Shown here: piece by piece, positions 27,980 to 40,399 of the stretch
How positions within the stretch are numbered: the stretch's first letter is position 1
Layout of the letters: each line of letters opens with the position of its first letter
Assembly (NCBI GenBank): GCA_035632635.1
Contig: DASQGL010000007.1
Span: 7,304-71,303, forward strand
Length of the DNA stretch: 64,000 nt
Direction of reading: 5' to 3'
From: Candidatus Limnocylindrales bacterium
GTDB taxonomy: Bacteria; Chloroflexota; Dormibacteria; CF-121
The notes under the pieces: generated by a model
What the model saw: only the letters and a program-made list of their open reading frames with translations
Database searches by the model: none
What the model was told of the DNA's origin: nothing
Made by a program: the position numbers and the translations under genes

Positions 27980-30667
<2,688 letters not shown>

Positions 30668-32047
30668 TCAGCCGCCCTGACCCGCCCGCCGGCGGTCGAG
30701 GTTCGCGAACTTCGTCTGCTCGTCGATGAACAGCAGATCGATCTTGCCCACCGGGCCGTTGCGGTGCTTCGCGATGATCAGCTCCGCGAGGTTGCGCTTG
30801 TCCTCGGGCAGATTGTCGTTGTAGAACCGGTCCCGATAGATGAAGAGGACGACGTCCGAGTCCTGCTCGATTGAGCCCGACTCGCGAAGGTCGGCGAGCT
30901 GCGGCCGATGGTCGGGACGCTTCTCCGGCTCGCGGCTCAGCTGGGAGCAGGCGAGCACGGGCACGTTGAGCTCCCGCGCGAGCCCTTTCAACGATCGCGA
31001 GATGTCCGAGATCTCCTGGACCCGGTTCTCCTGATTGCGCCCCTGCATGAGCTGCAGGTAGTCGACCACGATCATCCCGATGTTCTCCCGGGCCATCAGC
31101 CGGCGGGCGCGGGTCCGCATCTCCAGCACGGACAGCTGGGGCGACTCCTCGATGAAGATCGGCGCCTCGCCCAGCGCGCCCATCGCCTTGGCGATCGGTT
31201 CCCATTCCGTTTCCTTCATCAGGCCGCGACGCAGTCGGTAGGAATCGACGCCTGCCTCGCTGCAGAGCATCCGGGTTGCCAGCTCGGTCTCCGACATCTC
31301 CATCGAGAAGATCCCGATCCCGACCTTGCCGACGATCGCGGCGTGCTGGGCGATGTTGAGCACCAGGCTCGTCTTCCCGACTCCCGGGCGGGCGGCGACC
31401 ACGATCAGGTTGCCGCGCTGGAAGCCGCCGGTCTTGGCATCGAGGTCCACGAAGCCGCTCGGCACGCCGGAGACGTGGCTCGGATCGAGGTGACTCTTCT
31501 CGATGTCTTCCCAGGTCTTCTGCAGGACCTTGATCAGCGGGACGAAGTCCTGCCGGATGCGGCGCTCCGCGACCGCGAAGACGATCTCCTCCGCCTTGTC
31601 GACCGCGAGATCGGCCGCCATCCCGTCTTCGAAGGCGAGGTTGCCGATCCGATCTCCGGCCGCCGTCAGGCGTCGCTTGGTGGCGGCGTCCTCGACGATC
31701 TTCGCGTAGTACTCGATGTTCGCCGCGGTCGGCACGCTGCTCTCCAGCTGGGCGAGGAACTCCTGGCCGCCGACCCGCTCGAGCTGGCCTTTGCGCTCCA
31801 GCTCGGCCGAGAGCGTCAGGAGGTCGATGGGCTCGGAATGCTCGTACAGGTTGAGCGCGGCCTGAAAGACGACGCCGTGGTTGGGGAAGTAGAAGTCGTC
31901 TGGATGGATGAAGTCCGCCACCTTCGCGATCGCGCCGCGATCGAGCATCAAAGCCCCCAGGATCGCGATCTCGGCATCGATGTTGCTTGGAGGGACTCGG
32001 CCCTGGGCGGTTCCTGCTCCGCGGGCGGCGCGGAGGTCGACGGTCAT
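30668..32047 (-). CDS. dnaB: Replicative DNA helicase
   Basis: ATG 32047 overlaps the rplI stop (ATGA). Contains PPSNIDAEIAILGALML, Walker A ARPGVGKTS and IVVDYLQLM. Confidence 0.95.
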   Translation of the reverse strand: MTVDLRAARGAGTAQGRVPPSNIDAEIAILGALMLDRGAIAKVADFIHPDDFYFPNHGVVFQAALNLYEHSEPIDLLTLSAELERKGQLERVGGQEFLAQLESSVPTAANIEYYAKIVEDAATKRRLTAAGDRIGNLAFEDGMAADLAVDKAEEIVFAVAERRIRQDFVPLIKVLQKTWEDIEKSHLDPSHVSGVPSGFVDLDAKTGGFQRGNLIVVAARPGVGKTSLVLNIAQHAAIVGKVGIGIFSMEMSETELATRMLCSEAGVDSYRLRRGLMKETEWEPIAKAMGALGEAPIFIEESPQLSVLEMRTRARRLMARENIGMIVVDYLQLMQGRNQENRVQEISDISRSLKGLARELNVPVLACSQLSREPEKRPDHRPQLADLRESGSIEQDSDVVLFIYRDRFYNDNLPEDKRNLAELIIAKHRNGPVGKIDLLFIDEQTKFANLDRRRAGQGG

Positions 32048-32490
32048 CCGGAGGTGACCACGAGCGGGACCCGGGCGGAGACCTGCTGGTGCACCTTGAC
32101 CAGCGCGACCGCCGGCCCGAGCGCGCGCACCGGTTCGGCGAACTCGATCTTGCGCCGGTCGACCACGATCCCGTGCTGCTGCTTGAGCGCCGAGGCGACG
32201 TCCGCGTTGGTCACCGTGCCGAACAGCTTCCCATCCTTGCCGGCCCGCAACGTGATCGTGACCTGGGCGCTCTCCAGCCGCTTGCCCAGCTCCCGGGCGC
32301 CCTCGAGCTCGCGCTGCTCCCGACGCTCGAGGGTCGCCTTCTCGCGCTCCATGCGCTCCACCGCGCCCGCGGTCGCCGCCGTGGCGAGCTTGCGCGGGAT
32401 CAGGAAGTTGCGGGCGAAGCCGTCGGCGACGTCCTTCGTCTCCCCCGACTTGCCGGTGCCCTTGACGTCCTCGAGCAGGACGACTTTCAC
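32044..32490 (-). CDS. rplI: 50S ribosomal protein L9
   Basis: GTG 32490. VKVVLLEDVKGTGKSGETKDVADGFARNFLIPRKLA... over 148 aa. Confidence 0.93.
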   Translation of the reverse strand: MKVVLLEDVKGTGKSGETKDVADGFARNFLIPRKLATAATAGAVERMEREKATLERREQRELEGARELGKRLESAQVTITLRAGKDGKLFGTVTNADVASALKQQHGIVVDRRKIEFAEPVRALGPAVALVKVHQQVSARVPLVVTSG

Positions 32491-32867
32491 AGGGGGCCCC
32501 CCCGGCGCGCCTGCCACCACTGGCTGACGCGACCACGGGCCCGCTCCCGGCTCCCCTCCAGGTCGCGGTCGAATGCGCTCCGGCCCTGCGCGATCTCGGC
32601 CTCGATCTCCCGGACGACCTCGCGCGGCGCGCGGTCGACGAAGAGCTTGACCGCCAGCACGGTGAGCGCGAGCGCGTCCATCTCGCCGACCACCGGGATC
32701 CACAGCGGGATGTCGATGACCGGGTTGAAGATGGCGACCAGCCCGGCCGCCAGCAGGACCTTGTTGCGCTGCGGCACGCGCGGATCCCGGAACAGGCCGT
32801 AGGTCAGCTTGCCATAGCGGGGAAGCTCGCGGGCGATTCGGCGCAGGAGTCCCAGGGCAACGAGCAT
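32487..32867 (-). CDS. DUF1232 (YkvA-like) membrane protein
   Basis: 126 aa with the typical YGLFRDPRVPQRNKVLLAAGLVAIFNPVIDIPLWIPVVGEMDA. The stop overlaps the rplI GTG (GTGA). Confidence 0.75.
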   Translation of the reverse strand: MLVALGLLRRIARELPRYGKLTYGLFRDPRVPQRNKVLLAAGLVAIFNPVIDIPLWIPVVGEMDALALTVLAVKLFVDRAPREVVREIEAEIAQGRSAFDRDLEGSRERARGRVSQWWQARRGGPL

Positions 32868-32882
32868 GCTTCCCTCAATCTA
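32868..32882 (-). promoter_or_regulatory. -10 box TAGATT, N9, ATG
   Basis: Minus strand reads TAGATT (32882..32877), then 9 nt, then ATG 32867. Confidence 0.35.
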
Positions 32883-32992
32883 CCGGCCGGTGACGGCCAT
32901 GCACCCCATCTCCCATGGTGTCCGCCGGCGCGGCGTGCTGGCGGATGGGGACCAAAGCAGAGGCGATTTTACCACCAAGGCGGCGGTGGAAC

Positions 32993-33976
32993 TCAGCGGA
33001 CCGCGAAGACCAGGAAGGCGGCGTAGATCCCGATCAGCAGCAGCCCGGCCCGGCGCGAGAGATCGTGGCGAGGATAGCCGAGGGCGATCGCCACCAGCGT
33101 CATCCCGAGCAGCCAGGCGAGGCTGCTTCCGGCAGCCCGCGTGTTCTGGAGCCCGCCCAAGACGAGCGCCGGGAGGCTGATCCCGGCGAGCAGGTTCAGG
33201 GTGTTGCTGTTGAAGGCCTCGCTCAGGACCGCCGGGCCGTTGCGGCGCTGGGCCAGGCGCACCGCCGCGTACGCATTGGGCAGGCTGGTCAGCGCCGCCA
33301 GGACGACCGTCCCGAGGACCGCCCGCGACACCTGCCAGCGGTCGCCCAGGGTGAGCGCCGCGGTCACCATCAGGTAGCTGCCCAGGACGATCGCCGCGAT
33401 CGCCGGCGGAATCCACCACGCGAATTTCACGGACCGCCCCGGCTCGGTCGGGGCAGGCTCCCCGTGCACCAGCCGTGAGACCGCCGCGATCCGGCGGTTC
33501 ACCCGGGCCGGCATCGGAAGGCGGGTGAGCGCCTGGGGTCGCGCAGCCAGCAGGAACGCATAGGGCACGAACACGACGGCCATCAGGATCACGCCCGCGA
33601 TCGGGGGCAGGCCGGTGAAGAGCATCAGCGCGACGATCGCCGTGGTCGCGACCGCGACCCCGCCGTCGAGCGTGAGCAGCGCCCGGTGGAAGCGCAACCG
33701 GCCCGCGATCACCGCCGAGAGTCCGAGCAGCGCCGCGAGATTGAACAGGTTGGATCCCAGGATGACCCCCACCCCGACGTCGCGCGCACCGGCGAGGGTG
33801 GCCGTCACGGACGACGAGATCTCCGGCGAGTCCGCGCCCAGGGCGACGAGCAGTCCGAGCAGACCGGCCGACAGCCGCAGCCGGCCTCCCAGGCGCCCCA
33901 GCGCAGTGACCAGGACCTCGCTGGCCAGCAGGCTCAGGAGGAGTCCGAGCACGAAGCCGAGCAGTGGCAGGATCAC
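32993..33976 (-). CDS. Ca2+/cation antiporter (CaCA, YrbG-like)
   Basis: GTG 33976 overlaps the cca stop (GTGA). Two alpha-repeats: GADSPEISSSV and LTSLPNAYAAV. About 10 TM segments. Confidence 0.8.
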   Translation of the reverse strand: MILPLLGFVLGLLLSLLASEVLVTALGRLGGRLRLSAGLLGLLVALGADSPEISSSVTATLAGARDVGVGVILGSNLFNLAALLGLSAVIAGRLRFHRALLTLDGGVAVATTAIVALMLFTGLPPIAGVILMAVVFVPYAFLLAARPQALTRLPMPARVNRRIAAVSRLVHGEPAPTEPGRSVKFAWWIPPAIAAIVLGSYLMVTAALTLGDRWQVSRAVLGTVVLAALTSLPNAYAAVRLAQRRNGPAVLSEAFNSNTLNLLAGISLPALVLGGLQNTRAAGSSLAWLLGMTLVAIALGYPRHDLSRRAGLLLIGIYAAFLVFAVR

Positions 33977-35331
33977 TCGTCGAGCAGCTCGGGGTGGGCG
34001 TCCAGGTAGGCCCAGGCCGCGGCCTTGTCCGCGGTGAGGGCCCCGTCGACCATGGCCTCCTCCAGCGCCGTCTTCACCCGCTTGATCCATGGTCCCGGGG
34101 AACGACCGGTCTTCGCCATCAGCTCCTCGCCGGAAAGGGGCGATCGGATGGCACGCGTCGCGGCCGCGTCCAGGACGCGGATGCGCTGCTCGAGGTGATC
34201 GATCTTCTCCACGCTCGGGTAATGGCTGGCACGCATGTCCGCGCGAGCGAGATCGAGCAGGCGGTCGATGTCCTCGCCGGCCTCACGCACCAGCCGGCGG
34301 ACGGCCTGGTCGGCCCAGGTCGCGGGATCGTACTGGATCGGCCGCATATGGAGGCGCACCAGGTTGGCGACACGGTCGACCGTCTCCCCCGGGAAGCGGA
34401 GCCGGCGCAGCGCCTCCGCCGCCATGCGCGCCCCGACCTCCTGGTGGTTGATGAACGTAGGCTTGCCGTCCTTGACCTCGCAGGTCGCCGGCTTGCCGAC
34501 GTCGTGCAGCAGGCCGGCGAGCCGGGTCACCAGGTCGGGCGCGGTCAGCGCGGCCGCCAGCAGGTTGTGCCCGAACACGTCATGGCTGTGCCAGCCGCCC
34601 TGCTGCATGCCCCTGCCCGCCTCGAGCGCGGGCACGACCTGCTTCAGCAATCGGGTCTCCGCCATCATCAGCAGGCCGCGCTCGGCCCCGCGATCGAGGA
34701 GCAGCTTGACGAACTCATCACGGATCCGCTCCATCGAGACCACCGGGGGCTGCAGCCGCGGCGCATGGGCCACGATCGCGGCGCGCACCGCCGGGTCGAG
34801 CTCGAAGTCGAGGACGGTGGCGAAGCGGACCGCCCGCAGCATGCGCAGCGGATCCTCGTCGAAGGTGGCCTCCGGCTCGAGCGGCGTCCGGATGCGGCGC
34901 TCACGCAGGTCCTCGAGCCCACGCCCGGTCAGATCGAGGACCGTCCCATCCCAGTCCATCAGGAGCGCGTTCACGGTGAAGTCCCGGCGGCGCACGTCCT
35001 CCTCGAGCGTGCCCGGCGTCACCTGCGGTTTTCGGCTGCGCGGATCGTACTGCTCCTTGCGCGTGGAGACGAACTCGATCGCGTAGGGCGGCACCTCGAG
35101 GTGCGCGGTCCCGAAACGCTCGAACACCACCGGCGCGTGCGCCCGCATCGCCTCGGCCACCGAGCGGGCCAGCTCGAGTCCCTTTGCGCGCTCGACCAGC
35201 ACGTCGACCTCGTGGATCGCGGCGGCGCGGTCGCCGCCGAGCAGCCGGTCGCGCACGTAACCGCCGACCACCAGCGCGCGGGTGTCGAGCGCCGCCGCGC
35301 GCTCGGCGATGACCCGAAAGAGCGGCTCCAT
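33973..35331 (-). CDS. cca: CCA-adding tRNA nucleotidyltransferase / poly(A) polymerase family with HD domain
   Basis: ATG 35331. Contains VGGYVRDRLLG, RDFTVNAL and an HD region (HDVGKP). 452 aa. Confidence 0.85.
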   Translation of the reverse strand: MEPLFRVIAERAAALDTRALVVGGYVRDRLLGGDRAAAIHEVDVLVERAKGLELARSVAEAMRAHAPVVFERFGTAHLEVPPYAIEFVSTRKEQYDPRSRKPQVTPGTLEEDVRRRDFTVNALLMDWDGTVLDLTGRGLEDLRERRIRTPLEPEATFDEDPLRMLRAVRFATVLDFELDPAVRAAIVAHAPRLQPPVVSMERIRDEFVKLLLDRGAERGLLMMAETRLLKQVVPALEAGRGMQQGGWHSHDVFGHNLLAAALTAPDLVTRLAGLLHDVGKPATCEVKDGKPTFINHQEVGARMAAEALRRLRFPGETVDRVANLVRLHMRPIQYDPATWADQAVRRLVREAGEDIDRLLDLARADMRASHYPSVEKIDHLEQRIRVLDAAATRAIRSPLSGEELMAKTGRSPGPWIKRVKTALEEAMVDGALTADKAAAWAYLDAHPELLDE

Positions 35332-35363
35332 GCCGGGCAACGCCGGTGGATCGATGCGGTGAG

Positions 35364-36317
35364 TCACCGGATGGCGCACAGCCGGGCCCACTCGATGGCC
35401 CCCACCAGACCGACGTCGGCTCCCAGCCGCGGACGCACCACGCGCAGGTCTTTGCGCGCCGAAGCGAACGAGGATCGGGCCATCGAAGCCCGCATCGGGT
35501 CGGCGATGAGCCGGCCGGCGTTCATGACGCTGCCCCCGATCACGATCATCTCCGGGTTGAAGAGGTTGACGAGCGTGCCCAGGCCGATCCCGAGCGCCGC
35601 CCCGGCGCCCTGCAGCAAGCGCCGGGCGAAGGCGTCGCCGGCACGCGCGGCCCGGTCCACGTCGCGCGCGGTCGGTCCGGGCGGCTCGATCCGCCGCAGG
35701 CTCGTCCGCACGCCGCGGCGCACGCCCTCCCGCGCCTCGCGCCCGATCGCCGTCCCGCTCGCGAGCGCCTCGAGGCACCCCCGGTTGCCGCAGTTGCAGC
35801 GCGGCCCGTCCGGCTGGATGACGATGTGTCCGACCTCGCCCGCCGAGCCGCGCGCGCCCGCATAGAGCCGCCCGTCCAGGACGAGGCCGGCGCCGATCCC
35901 GGTCGAGACGGTCACGTAGATCATGTCGCGCGTCCCCTTCGCCACCCCGCGGTGCAGCTCGCCCAAGGCGGCGAGGTGGGCATCGTGGTGCAGGAAGCTC
36001 GGGATCCCGGTCATGCGTGTGAGCAGTGCGTTCAGCGGGACGTCTTCCCAGCCGGGCAGGTTCGCCGGGGAATGGACGAGCCCGCGCGCCGGATCGACCG
36101 GACCGGGCAGGCCGATGCCCAGGGCGCGCACCCGGCTCCGGCCGATGCGCGACTCACCGAGCACCTCCTGGACCGTCGCCGCGATCCGTGCTATGACGCG
36201 CTGCGGCCCCTCCTCCGCTTTCGTCGGCTGCCGCCTGACGGCAACGATGCGACCCTGCGCGTCGGCGGCCGCCACCCGCAGGCGCGTGCCGCCGAGGTCG
36301 ACGCCAACGTAGGCCAT
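35364..36317 (-). CDS. ROK-family sugar kinase (glucokinase-like)
   Basis: ATG 36317. Contains GVDLGGTRLRV, the Zn motif CNCGNRGCLE and GGSVMNAG. Confidence 0.85.
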   Translation of the reverse strand: MAYVGVDLGGTRLRVAAADAQGRIVAVRRQPTKAEEGPQRVIARIAATVQEVLGESRIGRSRVRALGIGLPGPVDPARGLVHSPANLPGWEDVPLNALLTRMTGIPSFLHHDAHLAALGELHRGVAKGTRDMIYVTVSTGIGAGLVLDGRLYAGARGSAGEVGHIVIQPDGPRCNCGNRGCLEALASGTAIGREAREGVRRGVRTSLRRIEPPGPTARDVDRAARAGDAFARRLLQGAGAALGIGLGTLVNLFNPEMIVIGGSVMNAGRLIADPMRASMARSSFASARKDLRVVRPRLGADVGLVGAIEWARLCAIR

Positions 36318-37858
36318 CAGAGGCTCGACCGTGGTGGGCGCAGCGTGGCGGCGGCGATCAGCGCGCCGCACAGGACGAGCGCGGCGGCGATCGTGAAGAT
36401 GGTGTGGTACTCGTCGAAGATCGCCTGACGGAGCTGGAGCTCGTACTGCGCCAGCCGCAGGCCGTAATCGGGCCGCAGGCTGAACAAGGGCGGCGTCAGC
36501 TGCGCCGTCACGCGGTTGAAGTGATAGAGGCCGAACCCCGCGACCGCCGAGAACCCGACCAGCATGCCGCACAGCCGCATGACGATCAGGAACGCGGCGC
36601 CCGCACCACGCTCCGCCTCAGAGACGAGGTCGAGGAGCGCCGCGCTCACGGGGGCGATCTCCAGCCCCAGCCCCAGCCCGGCGGCGAAAAGCTCGACGTC
36701 GGCGATCCGGAGCGGGGTGCCGAGGAAGTGGGGGCGCAGGGCGTCCTGGCCCCACCCGGCGAGCATGGCAAAGGCGAAGGCCGCGATCAGCATCCCGATC
36801 GCGGCGATGCCGCGGTTGCTGCGCAGCCGCCCGGCCACCAGCCCGCCGAGCAGCGCCCCGACCGGGATCCCGAGCATCAGCCGCAGCAGGAGGAGGGCGG
36901 CCTGGCGTGGATTCATGCTGAAGACGGGCGACTCGGCGAGCACCGGGATGAAGACGAGCGCCACCATGAGGCCGGCGCCCGCCAGCCCGTTGACGAGGGC
37001 CGCGCCGGTGAAGCCGGTGTCGCGGAAGTGCCGCACGTCGATGAGCGGCGCGGGCGCTCGTCGCTCGCGCCACACGAACAGGATGAGGAGGACGACCGCC
37101 GCCGGCGCCTGCCACCAGAAGCCCGAGCCGACCGGGCTGTGCTCCGGGTCCTGCGCGTACAGCGCGAGCGTGAGGAGCGCGAGGGCGAGCGCGGCGAGCA
37201 GCGCGCCGATCCCATCGAGCGGCGCGGCCGTGACCCCAACCGGACGCTGGCGGATGCCCGGCCAGAGCGCCCAGAGGAGCCCGCCCGCGAACAGGACGTT
37301 GATCCAGAAGATCCAGCGCCAGCCGCCCTGCGAGGTGGCGGCGAGCACGCCGCCCCAGAGCGGCCCGAGCACGCTGCCGACCTCCTGGAGCCCGCTGACC
37401 GCGCCCAGCGCGGTGGCGCGCGACCGGCCGGTGTAGAGGTCGGCGACCAGCGCCAGGACGACCGGCACCAGCGCCCCGCCGCCCGCCCCCTGCAGCACCC
37501 GTCCGGCCACGATCTGGGACAGCGACGACGCGGTCGCCGTGACCAGCGAGCCCAGCGCGAAGGCCACGAGGAAGATGGCGAAGACACGCAGCCGGCCGAA
37601 GCGGTCGCTCAGCGGACCGGCGATCGGCATCACCGCGAGGTAGCCGAGCAGGAAGCCGGTCACGACCGGCGTCGCGCGCTCCAGATGGTTGACCGGCACC
37701 TGGGCCGCGGTCAGCATGGGGAGCAGGGCGGCGACCACCACGTAGGCGTCGAGCGCGGCGACGAACAGGCCGGCCGCGGCGAGCGCGAGCAGCGCCGGCG
37801 AGTCAGCCGAGCGGAGGCGCGGTGATCGTGACGGGTTGGTCATGCTTCGAGAAATCAA
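36317..37858 (-). CDS. MFS transporter, 14-TM drug:H+ antiporter (DHA2/EmrB-like)
   Basis: 513 aa with GPLSDRFGRLRV (motif A) and 14 hydrophobic segments. The 5' end overlaps the lipoprotein gene by up to 56 nt, so the start is uncertain. Confidence 0.88.
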   Translation of the reverse strand: MISRSMTNPSRSPRLRSADSPALLALAAAGLFVAALDAYVVVAALLPMLTAAQVPVNHLERATPVVTGFLLGYLAVMPIAGPLSDRFGRLRVFAIFLVAFALGSLVTATASSLSQIVAGRVLQGAGGGALVPVVLALVADLYTGRSRATALGAVSGLQEVGSVLGPLWGGVLAATSQGGWRWIFWINVLFAGGLLWALWPGIRQRPVGVTAAPLDGIGALLAALALALLTLALYAQDPEHSPVGSGFWWQAPAAVVLLILFVWRERRAPAPLIDVRHFRDTGFTGAALVNGLAGAGLMVALVFIPVLAESPVFSMNPRQAALLLLRLMLGIPVGALLGGLVAGRLRSNRGIAAIGMLIAAFAFAMLAGWGQDALRPHFLGTPLRIADVELFAAGLGLGLEIAPVSAALLDLVSEAERGAGAAFLIVMRLCGMLVGFSAVAGFGLYHFNRVTAQLTPPLFSLRPDYGLRLAQYELQLRQAIFDEYHTIFTIAAALVLCGALIAAATLRPPRSSL

Positions 37859-38507
37859 ACGTGATCGTCGCCTCCAGCGTAGGGTCGAAGAGCCGCCCGG
37901 ACAGCGTCGCCCGCCAGAGCGTGGCGGGGGGCTCGATCCAGTAGGTCGTCTGGTAGGAGCCCTCCGATCGTGCGACGGAGAGCAGGTCGTGGACCTGCGC
38001 GGCCTCGAGCCGGCCGCTGACCGTCCAGGTTGGGTGCCCGTTCAGCGTCTGCTGGCCGCCCCGGGTCACCTGGGTGGTTTTCGCCATCGCGCTGAACAGG
38101 CCGCGGGTGGGATCGAAGAGCGCGTGCACGTCGAAGAACTGGGCGACCTCCGCCGGCGTCAGCTCCTGCCACCCGCCCGTGAACGACTTCAGATAGACGT
38201 GCGAGCCGAGGACGATGACGTTGACCTCGAGCAGCACGCCGTTCTGCGCCAGCTCCACCCGCGTGGTCAGGTCGGGCGGGTGCGCGTCGCCCTCGGCGCT
38301 CTGTACCGGGATCGCGGCCGGCGGAGCCCCCTGGATGGCGAGCGTGAAATGGAAGCCGCGCACGGCGTTCATGTGCGCGCTCGTCTGCCGCAACAGCGCC
38401 GCGGCATCGGGCGGCGGCGACCCGCAGCCGCCGGCCAGCAGGCAGAGCAGCGAGACGACCCCGAGCGCCATCCGGCGCCGTCGGAGCCGGCGGAGCACGC
38501 TCATCAA
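37803..38507 (-). CDS. LppX/LprAFG-family lipoprotein (LprG-like)
   Basis: Lipobox LLAGGCGS. 234 aa. The mature start ALLRQTSAHMNAVRGFHFTL... is typical of the LppX_LprAFG fold. Followed directly by an MFS pump, as in M. tuberculosis lprG-p55. Confidence 0.78.
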   Translation of the reverse strand: MMSVLRRLRRRRMALGVVSLLCLLAGGCGSPPPDAAALLRQTSAHMNAVRGFHFTLAIQGAPPAAIPVQSAEGDAHPPDLTTRVELAQNGVLLEVNVIVLGSHVYLKSFTGGWQELTPAEVAQFFDVHALFDPTRGLFSAMAKTTQVTRGGQQTLNGHPTWTVSGRLEAAQVHDLLSVARSEGSYQTTYWIEPPATLWRATLSGRLFDPTLEATITFDFSKHDQPVTITAPPLG

Positions 38508-40399
38508 GGCCTCAGGATACGGTCATCTCCAACCCGGCGGGTCACCTTCTGGGCGTCCAGCCATTCGAGCAGCGGGAGCACGTATCGGCGGCTGGACCCG
38601 AGCAGGTCTCGCGCCTGGGCCACGCTGATGCGCCCCTGGCTCGCGAGATGGTCCCGGATCGCCTGCACGGCGCGGTCGTAGGCGCCCCTGGCGAAGACGG
38701 TGTGCTCGTCCACCCGGACGACCTGACCCCCGGCAACCAGGCGTTGCAGGACCGGCGGGCTCAGTGTGTGTTTGCGGACGAGGTCATCGAGCGAGGGCGG
38801 GCTCATCCCACCGGCCTCCAGCTCGGCGAGCGCGGCGGCGACGGCCTGCTCCTGCTCCGGCGACAGGCGAACCGCGTGTCCGCTGAGCGCCACCTCGCCG
38901 GCCGCGTCCCGCACCCGTCCGGCCCGCACCATCGCCTCGACGGCGGCGGCGAAGAGCGGCGCGCCGGCCGCGACCCGGCTCTTGAGCTCTTCGCGCGGCA
39001 TCCCTTCCTTCAGCGGGTTGCGGGCGTGGTACTCACGCAGCGTGGTCTCGATCCGCGCCTCCAGGTCCCGCGCCGCGGCGGCGGTCAGGACGGCCGGGCC
39101 GAGGCGGACGGCGCCGCCGGTCGAGACCAGCGCGTCCAGCGCGCGGTCGACCTCGGCCCGCGAGGCGCTCAGCCGCTGCGCGAGCTCGTCCGGCCGCAGC
39201 CCGAACCGGTGCTTGGCCAGCTCGGCGGCCACCATGACCCGCGGATCCGCGTGCTCACGGGCGCGGAGATCGCCGAGCACGGCGGCGTCGCGCCGGCGGT
39301 GACGCCGTGGGTTCGCGTCGATGACGACGCCCCCGGCAACCGTCGCCGTCGGCGACGGCTGGCGAAGGATGAAGCGGTCCGAGACGACGGCGGGGAGGGG
39401 CGCGCTGAGGTAGAGCTGCGCGTACCCGCTCGCTCCCCGCTCCAGACGATCCTCATCCAGGAGGACGACATCGACCGGCACCTCCGCCGTCCCGAGATAG
39501 AGGTTGAGCCGGGCGCGGGAGGCGAGCGGCCGGGGCGCCGTGGGCAGCACCTGGAGCCGCGCGTCCAGCCGCCGGCCGGCGACCATCGTCCCGGGAAGCG
39601 TGAGCAGCTCACCGCGTGAGACGTCGGCGCGCTCGACGGCCGCGAGGTTGACCGCAGCGCGGCTGCCGGGGAGCGCGCGGCTGACCGCCCGGTTGTGCTG
39701 CTGCAACCCGCGCACCCGGACGTGCCGTTGGCTCGGGAGCAGGACCAGCTCGGCGCCGACGTCGATGCTCCCCCCCGTCAACGTGCCGGTGACGACGGTG
39801 CCGAACCCGGCCATGGTGAAGCTGCGGTCGACCCACAACCGCGGCCGGCCGACGTCGGGACGCGGGGTGGTGCCGGCGAGCTCGGCGTCGAGGGCGCGGC
39901 GCAGCTCGTCGAGTCCGGCCCCGGTCGAGCCGGAGACTGGCACGATCGCCGCGTCCTGGAGGCTGTGCCCGGTCAGCGCCCGGCGCACCTCCGCGGTGAC
40001 GAGCGCGAGCCACTCCGCATCGACCAGGTCCGCCTTGGTCAACGCCACCACGCCGTGCCGGACATCGAGCAGGTCGAGGATGGCGAGGTGCTCGTGCGTC
40101 TGGGGCATCGGGCCCTCATCGGCGGCGACCACGAAGAGCACCGCATCGATGCCGTGCACCCCGGCCAGCATGTTCTTGAGAAATCGCTGATGGCCGGGGA
40201 CGTCGACGATGCCGACATGGCGGCCGCTGCCGAGATCGAAGAAGGCGAAGCCGAGATCGATCGTCATCCCACGGCGCTTCTCCTCCTCGAGCCGGTCGGG
40301 ATCGATGCCGGTGAGCGCCCGCACCAGGGTCGACTTCCCGTGGTCGATGTGCCCCGCAGTGCCGACGACGTACGAGCCCGAGACCGTCGCCAACGCCAT
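38504..40399 (-). CDS. selB: Selenocysteine-specific translation elongation factor
   Basis: [39 protein letters not shown] and DVPGH. 631 aa with a long winged-helix C-terminus. Confidence 0.92.
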   Translation of the reverse strand: MALATVSGSYVVGTAGHIDHGKSTLVRALTGIDPDRLEEEKRRGMTIDLGFAFFDLGSGRHVGIVDVPGHQRFLKNMLAGVHGIDAVLFVVAADEGPMPQTHEHLAILDLLDVRHGVVALTKADLVDAEWLALVTAEVRRALTGHSLQDAAIVPVSGSTGAGLDELRRALDAELAGTTPRPDVGRPRLWVDRSFTMAGFGTVVTGTLTGGSIDVGAELVLLPSQRHVRVRGLQQHNRAVSRALPGSRAAVNLAAVERADVSRGELLTLPGTMVAGRRLDARLQVLPTAPRPLASRARLNLYLGTAEVPVDVVLLDEDRLERGASGYAQLYLSAPLPAVVSDRFILRQPSPTATVAGGVVIDANPRRHRRRDAAVLGDLRAREHADPRVMVAAELAKHRFGLRPDELAQRLSASRAEVDRALDALVSTGGAVRLGPAVLTAAAARDLEARIETTLREYHARNPLKEGMPREELKSRVAAGAPLFAAAVEAMVRAGRVRDAAGEVALSGHAVRLSPEQEQAVAAALAELEAGGMSPPSLDDLVRKHTLSPPVLQRLVAGGQVVRVDEHTVFARGAYDRAVQAIRDHLASQGRISVAQARDLLGSSRRYVLPLLEWLDAQKVTRRVGDDRILRP

